Below are positions 10,124 to 18,045 of a stretch of DNA of 64,000 nt, piece by piece. Numbering within the stretch: position 1 is the stretch's first letter; each line of letters starts with the position of its first letter. Under the pieces are notes generated by a model. That model made no database searches. It saw nothing but the letters and a program-made list of their open reading frames with translations, and was not told where the DNA came from. The stretch covers positions 1 to 64,000 of the IMG/VR virus record IMGVR_UViG_3300022902_000012; one strand, 5' to 3'. The DNA is from an uncultured virus (IMG/VR IMGVR_UViG_3300022902_000012) (lineage: Duplodnaviria; Heunggongvirae; Uroviricota; Caudoviricetes). The translations under genes and the position numbers were made by a program.

Positions 10124-10846
10124 ATCGCTCAAGCTGACTGGACTGACTGTGACGGAAGTTCCCTCGATACCGCGTCGATCCTGAGAGGTGTATCGAATGC
10201 GTTCACCCCGCCGGCCGGACCGGACACCTTTGTCTACGGCTTTCGGGCGATCAAGTCCGCAACTGGGGCTGGTGGGAAACGGGTGGCGCTGGCCAACTTC
10301 CAACCGTTCACTGGGTCCCGAAAGGCAGGAAGCCTATCGTGGCCGATGAAGCGGTTCTCCTCGGGAATCAAGTTCGCTCCGTTCTTTGCCCTGCTCAATG
10401 ACACTGACCTGTCGGTGGCCCAGGGGTACATGGTAGCTCTGACCCAGGAGGCCAGTTACAAGATCGGTCTGTTTAAGGGGAGTCCCCTGAGTGGGTTTTC
10501 CTCTTCGGCATCCCACTGCCTTGCCAAGTCCTCGGCTGCCTTCGATGATGTCGGGGATGTGGCCGCGGCCTGGAAGCACTTGAAGCTCGATGTGCTAGTC
10601 AATCCCCACGGAGAAGCTGTCCTGAATGTGTGGGAAAACGATCTGGCGTCCAATGATGTGGACAGTCCGTCCTGGGCGGCCATCCCTGGCTTGTCTCAGT
10701 TCATCGACGACTCACTCGGGCATTTCTCCGGAGGGGTCCCGGTCCTTGATGGATTCTATGGGATCAAGGGGATGTACACCAATGGGCAGTCCGGTGACAT
10801 GGTCTTGTTTGGCCGGGCCACCGTCCACCGTCAGACTAGCCCCTAA
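10124..10846 (+). CDS. Structural protein, probably initiating at a non-canonical ATC (ORF track starts it at 10283)
   Basis: GGAGGT at 10113-10118, then ATC at 10124 giving (M)AQADWTDCDGSSLDTASILRGVS..., open and in frame to 10846; no in-frame ATG/GTG/TTG before 10283. Confidence 0.6.
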   Translation: MAQADWTDCDGSSLDTASILRGVSNAFTPPAGPDTFVYGFRAIKSATGAGGKRVALANFQPFTGSRKAGSLSWPMKRFSSGIKFAPFFALLNDTDLSVAQGYMVALTQEASYKIGLFKGSPLSGFSSSASHCLAKSSAAFDDVGDVAAAWKHLKLDVLVNPHGEAVLNVWENDLASNDVDSPSWAAIPGLSQFIDDSLGHFSGGVPVLDGFYGIKGMYTNGQSGDMVLFGRATVHRQTSP

Positions 10847-10868
10847 AACAGGCTGAAGGAGAGAGTAC

Positions 10869-11723
10869 GTGGCAGGGCCGCTTTGGGCATACCCGGGAGT
10901 CAAGGAAGGGAGGATCACTCCGGTCTTTTCCCAGGCCGGAGGCTCGGGTGGTTACGGGTATTCCCCTTACGTGGGCTACTACTCCCCCTACCCAAATTAC
11001 TACTACGGGTTCTCCAGCGACAAGGTTTTCTGCCTCGGTAGGGATTCAGTCCCGCACTCGCTTCGGAAGCTCCAAATCGGGGCCACGGCCAGTGTCCGGC
11101 AGTCAACTGTTGTCAGCGGAGCTGACAAGTTCTGGCTCTTCATGTTCCACATGCGGGTACCTGAAGGGCTGCCCGAGTTGGCACCAATCTGTTTGGGTGA
11201 GGAGGTCTCTTTTGTTGCTGGTGCCGGTGGGTCCCCCCCAGGGAGCCGGGGCCTCATCGATCCCGCTGATGGTCTGTCGGGGGTGATCCTGGATCCTGCC
11301 AGTGCCTCAGTATTCCCAGATGGATTAGATGGCCTGCAGCAGTGGTGCCAGATCTCTGGGGCAACCGACGGGGATAACAATGGCATCCACAGGCTGGTAT
11401 GCGTCCCGGAAGGTCAAAGAAGTAAGGTTGCTGTCATCGAGAATCAGAAAACGTTGCTCAGTGCCCCCCTCCCAGATACTGGGGCCATGATGCAGACCCT
11501 CAACGACAACGGCCTGCTCGGGGCTGGAGTTGACATCTCCCTACTTGGCGCCCGATGGGTTGGCCGGGCATATGCTGATTGGGGTACCGGCTACCAGGAG
11601 CGTGTGGCCCTCATCGAGTATAAGGGTGGGAATATAGTACGGGGTGCAATGTCCTTGCACCTGTCTCAGTACGTCGGGCCCTTAACTGTCAAGTTTGAGG
11701 TGAAGCTGGAGCAGGTGTCCTGA
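10869..11723 (+). CDS. Hypothetical tail/baseplate protein with a Tyr-rich insert
   Basis: 284 aa, AAGGAGAG RBS, 'GYGYSPYVGYYSPYPNYYYG'. Confidence 0.6.
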   Translation: MAGPLWAYPGVKEGRITPVFSQAGGSGGYGYSPYVGYYSPYPNYYYGFSSDKVFCLGRDSVPHSLRKLQIGATASVRQSTVVSGADKFWLFMFHMRVPEGLPELAPICLGEEVSFVAGAGGSPPGSRGLIDPADGLSGVILDPASASVFPDGLDGLQQWCQISGATDGDNNGIHRLVCVPEGQRSKVAVIENQKTLLSAPLPDTGAMMQTLNDNGLLGAGVDISLLGARWVGRAYADWGTGYQERVALIEYKGGNIVRGAMSLHLSQYVGPLTVKFEVKLEQVS

Positions 11724-13498
11724 TGGCGACTCCTATCCTTATCAAGACTCCAGCCCTGTACATCGACGAGATCCGGGGGTACAGCCCTGTAGGATCTCTG
11801 CATCTGGTCAATTGCGTTCCTGGGGGCCAAGAAGTAGATGTCCCGATCTCAGCATTGGTGTCGCTCCAGCTCGTCGGGACGGTAGGGATAGCTCTCGAGC
11901 CGGACACTATCATCGAGATCGTCCGGGGAACATCGGGCACCAGTGAGGTGGTGGTGGACATGGGAGCTGGCGGTGTGCAAGCCGGCTGGGCCGGCTCTGC
12001 AACCCTTCGGCAGAGTATTGGTTCTGCAGTCCTCGATGAATTGGTAGTAGCTGTGACACCAACGCTACCTTTCAAATCCCTGGAGGAGATCACCATTCGG
12101 GTGAGGGGCCAGCTGGTTGGCGGAGCTGCTGTCCTCGACGAACACTACCAGTTTACCTGTGAGGATCAGACATCTCCCACCATCTCCAAGGTCTTGTGGA
12201 TGACACCCGTCAAGGCAATGGTGGTCTTCGACGAAGTTGTCAGCCTTGATACTCTGTTTTCGGTATATGGAAAAGGCAACGTTGAGGTGGTCACCGGGCA
12301 TGTACGGCTGCGAGGGGAGAGCGAGCAGGCCCTCTCCATTGATGCTGGGATGGTCCTTGGGGTACGGGGATCCATCGAGAGCCTTAATAATTGGGACGAC
12401 CTGATCACCTCGACGGCAGGTTATGGGGTAGATTCCGGGGGGTACCTGGACATCACCCCGAACCGAGCATCCCTCCTTGTTGCCGACGATGGGATCGACA
12501 GGGACGAGTTGGGGCAAAAGACGTTCCAGCGGCAGATTCGTGCGGTGGTGAGTCATGTCGAAATTACGCACAGGATCGATGATGAAGGAGCTGGTGGGGG
12601 GGCAGGTTCCCCGGAGACCATTCAGGTAGCCTACGTCCCCCTGGTCAAAGACCTCCAGTTCGTTGTGGAGGAGGACCTACCAGAGGGGGTTGCCGCGGGC
12701 CAAGCCGTGTGGCTTGAAGTAGACGAACCTATGTCCCTCGGCCGGTTATACGCCATCAACTGGAATTGCTCCGATGCCAATGGGAACTGGGGAACAACCT
12801 CAATCAGTTTCGAGATGCCGAGTTTCCAGGTCAACCTGCAGGGGCTCGATTTCACCACCCCGGGTATCCAAAGCCCCAAGGACTTACGACAGGATATCGA
12901 GGAGGGAGAAGGGTCCCTCTACAAGATCTGCAGGATCCTGAACGATCCGATTCTCTTGGTCAGGTACTATGCCGAACGGATGAAGTACCTGGAAGACCCG
13001 TTTGGGTGCCCTGACGAGTTTCTCCCCTTCCTCCTGTACGATCTTGGAAATCCTTTTCGGTTCGCCCTGCGTACCTTGCGATTGGGTCGGTTGGCCGCTC
13101 TGTACTTTCCGGATCTGATGAGGAGGAGGCCCACGCCTGGGTCTATCGAAGACTTCATCTTCGGGGTATTTGGTATCCCCTGCAGGGTAGTCCCCTTCTG
13201 GACAGCACAGCACTGGCAACTGGATGACCCTGTGTACAGCCGCCTTGGGCACACAACCTCTCTGGCGCCCAGTTCTTCCTGGGAAAAAAACTGCTGGGTC
13301 CTGGAGCTACAACTGAACGTGGATGCGCAAACCGAGCTGGACATCATCGAGACCTGTGAGTGGTCTGATGGTTGGAACATGCACTTCATCGGCGTCATCG
13401 AGCCTGAAGATATCGCGGCCGGTGCCTTGCTCCCGGGTGGGGGATACTGGACACTAAACACATCAGCCCTTGGCTCCGGAACGATCTTGAGTCCGTAG
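11723..13498 (+). CDS. Tail protein with Ig-like N-terminal domains and a P2 gpI-like C-terminal domain
   Basis: 'DPFGCPDEFLPFLLYDLGNPF...LMRRRPTPGSIEDFIFGVFG' is gpI-like; 'YQFTCEDQTSPTI' is an Ig-like linker. Confidence 0.7.
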   Translation: MATPILIKTPALYIDEIRGYSPVGSLHLVNCVPGGQEVDVPISALVSLQLVGTVGIALEPDTIIEIVRGTSGTSEVVVDMGAGGVQAGWAGSATLRQSIGSAVLDELVVAVTPTLPFKSLEEITIRVRGQLVGGAAVLDEHYQFTCEDQTSPTISKVLWMTPVKAMVVFDEVVSLDTLFSVYGKGNVEVVTGHVRLRGESEQALSIDAGMVLGVRGSIESLNNWDDLITSTAGYGVDSGGYLDITPNRASLLVADDGIDRDELGQKTFQRQIRAVVSHVEITHRIDDEGAGGGAGSPETIQVAYVPLVKDLQFVVEEDLPEGVAAGQAVWLEVDEPMSLGRLYAINWNCSDANGNWGTTSISFEMPSFQVNLQGLDFTTPGIQSPKDLRQDIEEGEGSLYKICRILNDPILLVRYYAERMKYLEDPFGCPDEFLPFLLYDLGNPFRFALRTLRLGRLAALYFPDLMRRRPTPGSIEDFIFGVFGIPCRVVPFWTAQHWQLDDPVYSRLGHTTSLAPSSSWEKNCWVLELQLNVDAQTELDIIETCEWSDGWNMHFIGVIEPEDIAAGALLPGGGYWTLNTSALGSGTILSP

Positions 13499-13519
13499 GC
13501 CCAAAGAGAGGAAGCAGCC

Positions 13520-15322
13520 ATGCAGCAAAAATACAACGACTACGCAGGTCAGATTGTCACTCAGGGTCACATGGACGACAGGACCGATGCAGTCGAAGAT
13601 GCCGAACGAGATCTAGCCTTCGAGGCTGGGCTCTTGCAGGCCAAGGCATCGGCCACACCTGGTGCCGAAATTTTTGGGGGCATCCGCAACGGACTGGTCG
13701 TCACCAAAAACTCCAGTACCAAGGTCGATGTGACTCCCGGCAACTGCCGAGACGATGCCAGGGTTCGTGTCGAGCTTCCCCTCGCGGCCACTGTCTTAAT
13801 GACCAAAGCAGGCGCCACTGATGCGGCAGATTACACCGACGCTATCAGTGCCTCTGGTGTGGACATCCTGACCGCCTGCCCGGTTGGCAGGTACATCGTG
13901 GCCTCCCTGTTCCTGGTCAAGGACGAGGTCCTGTCAGACCTGCAGCAGGATGAGACCCTCGTCTGGGTCTACCATTCAATCCAGGAGAGCTTCCACTTCT
14001 CCATCGAGCTGGGGACTTCCTTCAATCCGGCAGCCGTCCCTGTGGTCCCGAACAGGGCTTCCCTCTCCGATGGTAAGGTGCTCCTGTCTGACGTCCTGAT
14101 CTTGAACGTGGCGGGCAACTTGGTCATCCAGGCATGCTGTGCTTCCTCTGCCGACTGGGACGCCCTCGCCGGCAACTTCATGGACTGGTCCGGCCGGCGA
14201 AGCGACTGGTTCGCAGCCGAGATCGACGACACCAACCTGGACTATCAGATTGAGCAGATTCGTGGAGGTTCAGCCCGTGAGGTCCTCTATGACGTACTGC
14301 AGCTGCTGCAGCGGAATACAGCTGCCCTGAACTCCGGCGCCAGCACCATCGGCGCGCCGGGCAGAACCGTGTCCTTGTCAGAGCTGCCGGCTGTAGCCAC
14401 GGTTCTGACCCAAGGCACTATTGAAACCCAGTTGGCAGTACTACTCTCCTACGCTGCGAACACCCTGGTCAGGGGGGGGAACAACACCCTCAAACCCTAC
14501 GGGAGCGTGGATGGGATCACTGCAGTCCCAACAATGCTCAATGCTACTAAGGCCATGTATGTAATCCAGGCCCTGCAAGATGCTGGCGCCGCGGATGTCT
14601 TCCGGCTCGGGAAGCTTCGGGGGCACATCAGCCTCCCAGATGTCTTCTATGAGAACTGGCTCAGCACCCCAGCCGCTGCGTCCGGACTACGCTCCGTACC
14701 CGACTTCACCCACAAGACGTGGCAGACAATTCTCGGGGGGACCGGGGCAGTGTACCTCCGCAACAGCAACGACGGCGCCCCGAACCATCGAGGAATTCTG
14801 GAGCTCCAGAATACAGCTGGAGGGGATTCCGCCCAGGTGTATTCCCATATAGACAAGGGAGGGGTGAGGGTACATGGGGGCTGGACCTTAGGAAGTTCCC
14901 CATGGGGGGTCTTCGTCGTCCGGGTCAGAGTCAGCTCCGTGGCGGCCGGCTTTGAGTTTCAGGTCGGAATGATGACCCAGGGTGGGATTTCCTTTGTCCG
15001 CTTTAGGGTGGACCGCACCTTATATGGCAATAGCAATTGGCACCTGGATGTGACCGACGGGGCAGCAAACAACATCGCAACGGATACAGGGGAGGCTTGT
15101 GCGGCGGACACCTGGTACACCCTCCGTTTGGCCATGCTTTCTACTACCCAGATTGCCTACCAAATTAACAACGGATCGGAGGGAGTACATACAGCAGCCA
15201 ATGCCATGGCCACCAATCCTTATGTACTCGAAAGCTACACCACCTCCAACGTCGGTGGCACTTATGGACTCATCCAAGAGATCATGGCCCACAACGGCCT
15301 ACTTCAGGCCGACAAGTATTAA
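13520..15322 (+). CDS. Putative tail fibre / receptor-binding protein
   Basis: 600 aa; N-terminal baseplate-attachment-like region 'GGIRNGLVVT..VDVTPG'; beta-rich lectin-like C-terminus; follows gpI-like gene. Confidence 0.6.
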   Translation: MQQKYNDYAGQIVTQGHMDDRTDAVEDAERDLAFEAGLLQAKASATPGAEIFGGIRNGLVVTKNSSTKVDVTPGNCRDDARVRVELPLAATVLMTKAGATDAADYTDAISASGVDILTACPVGRYIVASLFLVKDEVLSDLQQDETLVWVYHSIQESFHFSIELGTSFNPAAVPVVPNRASLSDGKVLLSDVLILNVAGNLVIQACCASSADWDALAGNFMDWSGRRSDWFAAEIDDTNLDYQIEQIRGGSAREVLYDVLQLLQRNTAALNSGASTIGAPGRTVSLSELPAVATVLTQGTIETQLAVLLSYAANTLVRGGNNTLKPYGSVDGITAVPTMLNATKAMYVIQALQDAGAADVFRLGKLRGHISLPDVFYENWLSTPAAASGLRSVPDFTHKTWQTILGGTGAVYLRNSNDGAPNHRGILELQNTAGGDSAQVYSHIDKGGVRVHGGWTLGSSPWGVFVVRVRVSSVAAGFEFQVGMMTQGGISFVRFRVDRTLYGNSNWHLDVTDGAANNIATDTGEACAADTWYTLRLAMLSTTQIAYQINNGSEGVHTAANAMATNPYVLESYTTSNVGGTYGLIQEIMAHNGLLQADKY

Positions 15323-15340
15323 CCCCCGAGGAGGAACACC

Positions 15341-15625
15341 ATGCCACTTTTGAATGGGCGAGTCGAGGTACGGATTAGGAGGCTGACCCGAATTAAGGGG
15401 GGCCCAAAGACTGCGAAGAATCAGGATCGTTATCAGGTGGAGATCGATAACCAGCCAGCACTGGGTTTCAACATCGGGGCGGACCTGCCCTCGGAGCTGC
15501 TTCGCAAGGCCAAGGCAGAGGCAAAGGAGAGGTTCAAGGGAGCCTTTTCTATCTACGCACTGAACCTGACGGCCAGGGACAAGGCTCTGCTCACCTTAGC
15601 CCCCATCGAGCCTCGGGCAGTATAG
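15341..15625 (+). CDS. Hypothetical protein
   Basis: 94 aa, GAGGAGG RBS. Confidence 0.6.
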   Translation: MPLLNGRVEVRIRRLTRIKGGPKTAKNQDRYQVEIDNQPALGFNIGADLPSELLRKAKAEAKERFKGAFSIYALNLTARDKALLTLAPIEPRAV

Positions 15626-15638
15626 CCACCCAACCCTT

Positions 15639-16169
15639 ATGGCCTACACCTACCCTACTCTCAAAGGGATCATCCAGCTTGCAGCTGACCTGCTTGCTGA
15701 TCTTGGCACCAAGGTCGCACTAGGGAGCACTACTGGTGACCCCGTCCTTATGCCCGCCGCAGCCAAGAAAGGGCGGAGGAGCTGGGCGAGGGGGACCTTA
15801 TGGTTGTCGGGAACGTCTCCGCCGGATGTAGTGCTTCAGGAGATCGGTGCCCACCTCGATAAATTCTGGGCCCCCTGGGCAGAGATATCAACCAGCGGAG
15901 CTGGTGTCGCCCCGGCCATCACAACACAAGAAGGGATCGCCTCTGCTACCAAGAGTGAGATTCTAGATATGCTCTACATCAACTTCTCACCAGAGTTCCT
16001 GTCGGCCAACTACGTAGCCCATGCGAGCCTGGGGGTAGTCCCCTCTTGCGCGGCCTACTACAGGTTTTCCAAGTCCCAGCTAGGCGTCCGCTTCTCCGAC
16101 CCCGGCACCGGCGCCATCATCAACATCAATAACCAAACCGTTCTGGTCTCCGCTACGGGAAGAGTCTAG
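15639..16169 (+). CDS. Hypothetical (tail-fibre-associated) protein
   Basis: 176 aa; last gene of the + strand structural operon. Confidence 0.55.
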   Translation: MAYTYPTLKGIIQLAADLLADLGTKVALGSTTGDPVLMPAAAKKGRRSWARGTLWLSGTSPPDVVLQEIGAHLDKFWAPWAEISTSGAGVAPAITTQEGIASATKSEILDMLYINFSPEFLSANYVAHASLGVVPSCAAYYRFSKSQLGVRFSDPGTGAIININNQTVLVSATGRV

Positions 16170-16778
16170 CTTCGTCCCGACAACCATAGCGATAGGGGCA
16201 GCCTCCTTGGGCTTGTAGCCCTTAATGTGCCACCCCAGGTCGAACTGTGCTTGCCCTTTGCCAGGGTCTACTCCGAGAACCTGGATGGGAGCCATCAGGA
16301 CTCGACGGAAATCAAGGACCACCACAACCTCATGCGGCATACCCCGCACACCAATCCGTGCATTGAACGGGAGGCTGTCGCTCAGCCCTTGGCTCAACAG
16401 CTGTGGCAGTAGAGGGGGACTGGTATACAGGGCAAGGTCTGGAGATAGCTGGGCGTAGAGGGCCAGTCGCCTCCATAGGACGTTCGCCCAGCTGGTGCCG
16501 GAACGAAGACCGAGAGGGACCTCGTGGCGACAGACAGCAGCATCGCACCCGTCGATCAGCAAGTCAAGCTGCGCACGCCTCAGAGACTCATCGAGAGAAT
16601 CTTCGAGGGGGAGAGTAACTTGCCTGCGGCAAAGGACATCCGAGGGCTTATGGATCTCCTTGCATTCGAAGGGGAGTAGGTCCTGGGCCTGTGCGACCTC
16701 TCGCTTGATCAACTCCCGCTCTTCGGGGAATTCCTTCAAGGCATTAGGCAACTGACCTGGTTTCTTGGGCTTGGGCAT
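16080..16778 (-). CDS. Hypothetical protein (weak HK97-fold-like C-terminal pattern)
   Basis: 232 aa, GAGG RBS; overlaps the previous gene tail-to-tail by 90 nt. Confidence 0.5.
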   Translation of the reverse strand: MPKPKKPGQLPNALKEFPEERELIKREVAQAQDLLPFECKEIHKPSDVLCRRQVTLPLEDSLDESLRRAQLDLLIDGCDAAVCRHEVPLGLRSGTSWANVLWRRLALYAQLSPDLALYTSPPLLPQLLSQGLSDSLPFNARIGVRGMPHEVVVVLDFRRVLMAPIQVLGVDPGKGQAQFDLGWHIKGYKPKEAAPIAMVVGTKLDSSRSGDQNGLVIDVDDGAGAGVGEADA

Positions 16779-16797
16779 GTGATATCCTCAGCGAATT

Positions 16798-17040
16798 ATG
16801 CAGCTAACGAAAGGGAAAAAGAGGATTCTGCTCGAGGCCTTGGATGCACCTGAGACCGGACTGAGCATCGATACCCCCGGGACCGCGGTGTCCTGCAAGT
16901 CGATGCAGGCCGCTGGATGGGGAACCTACAAACCAGTGTATCTGAAGGGATCAACGCGGTCAGCGGGGGGTGTCTTCGTTCTGTCTCCCGAGGGCCGGCG
17001 TGTAGCTCTGGGCCTACGGACCAAGGCTCGGGGCAGGTAG
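16798..17040 (+). CDS. Small putative winged-helix protein
   Basis: 'MQLTKGKKRILLEAL...FVLSPEGRRVA' pattern. Confidence 0.4.
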   Translation: MQLTKGKKRILLEALDAPETGLSIDTPGTAVSCKSMQAAGWGTYKPVYLKGSTRSAGGVFVLSPEGRRVALGLRTKARGR

Positions 17041-17046
17041 GGAGCA

Positions 17047-17484
17047 TCAGGGGCCGTCGACAGCCTGTGCCAGCTCTCCGAGGCGCCCCCAGAGCCAGCG
17101 GGCGTACCGGCCCACCAAAGAGGTCAGGGGCTCTTCTAGAGGCTCCTGATGGTCCACCAAGAGCTCCTCCGGGTACCGCAAGGTCTTACAGATTTGGGGG
17201 CCGTTCCGATTCCCTATCAAGGACATCAGAACTTTCTGAGGATCCACCCCGGCCGAGAGGGCCAAATTAGCCATCGCTAACACAGTTTGACATCCATGCA
17301 GAGGGCTGTGGTTCCCGATGTGGCCGCGGGCGTTGAGCATCTCGCTGCGACACATCAGAGTCTTCGGTCGCCCCCCTCCTGGATCCGGCTCGATGATCAC
17401 GTAGATGCGCCAGATGCGTTGGTCCTCATCCGTTATTGTGAAGGAGCCAAAGGGTGACTGAGTCGTCTGGGGTGGCTGAGGCAT
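17047..17484 (-). CDS. Stand-alone TSCPD-like domain (class II RNR C-terminal-like)
   Basis: 'RIYVII', 'MANLALSAGVDPQKVLMSLIG', 'TSLVGRYARWL' resemble TSCPD-domain motifs. Confidence 0.5.
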   Translation of the reverse strand: MPQPPQTTQSPFGSFTITDEDQRIWRIYVIIEPDPGGGRPKTLMCRSEMLNARGHIGNHSPLHGCQTVLAMANLALSAGVDPQKVLMSLIGNRNGPQICKTLRYPEELLVDHQEPLEEPLTSLVGRYARWLWGRLGELAQAVDGP

Positions 17485-17524
17485 AGGGGGTAATTGTGGC
17501 CTTGGAGGCGTAGGTTAGTCCAGC

Positions 17525-17788
17525 CTACTTACCTCTTCGAAGGCCTGTTAGTCGTATCACCAGGCGATCATAGTATTTTTGGAAGCGCAAAGGGACTTGT
17601 TCGCGAATGGCGCCAGGGATGTTGTCGACTGTCACCTCCAGGTGTGTGTTTTTGGTCCGGCCGGGATGACCTGTGGTAGACGTCTCCATCTCTAAATGGA
17701 ATTTGCCGTGAACGAGGATCTCCAGTCGCTGCATTGGGGTTAGGGAGATATCCAGGTCGGTGAAGATGCAGTCTTTGTATGTGGGCAT
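17525..17788 (-). CDS. Hypothetical protein
   Basis: ATG at 17788 after GGAGG; MPTYKDCIFT... Confidence 0.5.
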   Translation of the reverse strand: MPTYKDCIFTDLDISLTPMQRLEILVHGKFHLEMETSTTGHPGRTKNTHLEVTVDNIPGAIREQVPLRFQKYYDRLVIRLTGLRRGK

Positions 17789-17790
17789 GG

Positions 17791-18045
17791 TTATTCCGCC
17801 TCCTGTGCCTTCAAGACTCTTTTTCCTTTGGCAGTGATGTACCAAAGCAGGGCACCTCGGGTCTCCCCCTTTTTTACTGTCTTTCGGGACCTAACTAAAC
17901 CCTTGCCTCGGAGGCGGCGGAGGCGGCCAGCGACAGTGTTGTGTTGGGTTGGCCACAAGGCGGAAGAGATACAGTCCGTGGTGAGGCCGGAACGATAAGA
18001 CCCGAATGCCTTGAGTGTTCTAATCTGGGGGGCTTTGAGGATCAT
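17791..18045 (-). CDS. Winged-helix DNA-binding protein
   Basis: 'VAGRLRRLRGKGLVRSR...LWYITAKGKRVL'. Confidence 0.55.
   Translation of the reverse strand: MILKAPQIRTLKAFGSYRSGLTTDCISSALWPTQHNTVAGRLRRLRGKGLVRSRKTVKKGETRGALLWYITAKGKRVLKAQEAE

Noticed and set aside
13520..16169. Diversity-generating retroelement targeting the tail fibre
   Set aside because: No reverse transcriptase and no template/variable repeat pair seen
1..16169. Extracellular contractile injection system or tailocin instead of a phage
   Set aside because: Terminase, DNA polymerase and helicases in the same window indicate a phage genome
16240..16290. 'VLGVDPGK' as a RuvC resolvase motif
   Set aside because: It lies near the C-terminus rather than the N-terminus, and the other RuvC acidic motifs are absent
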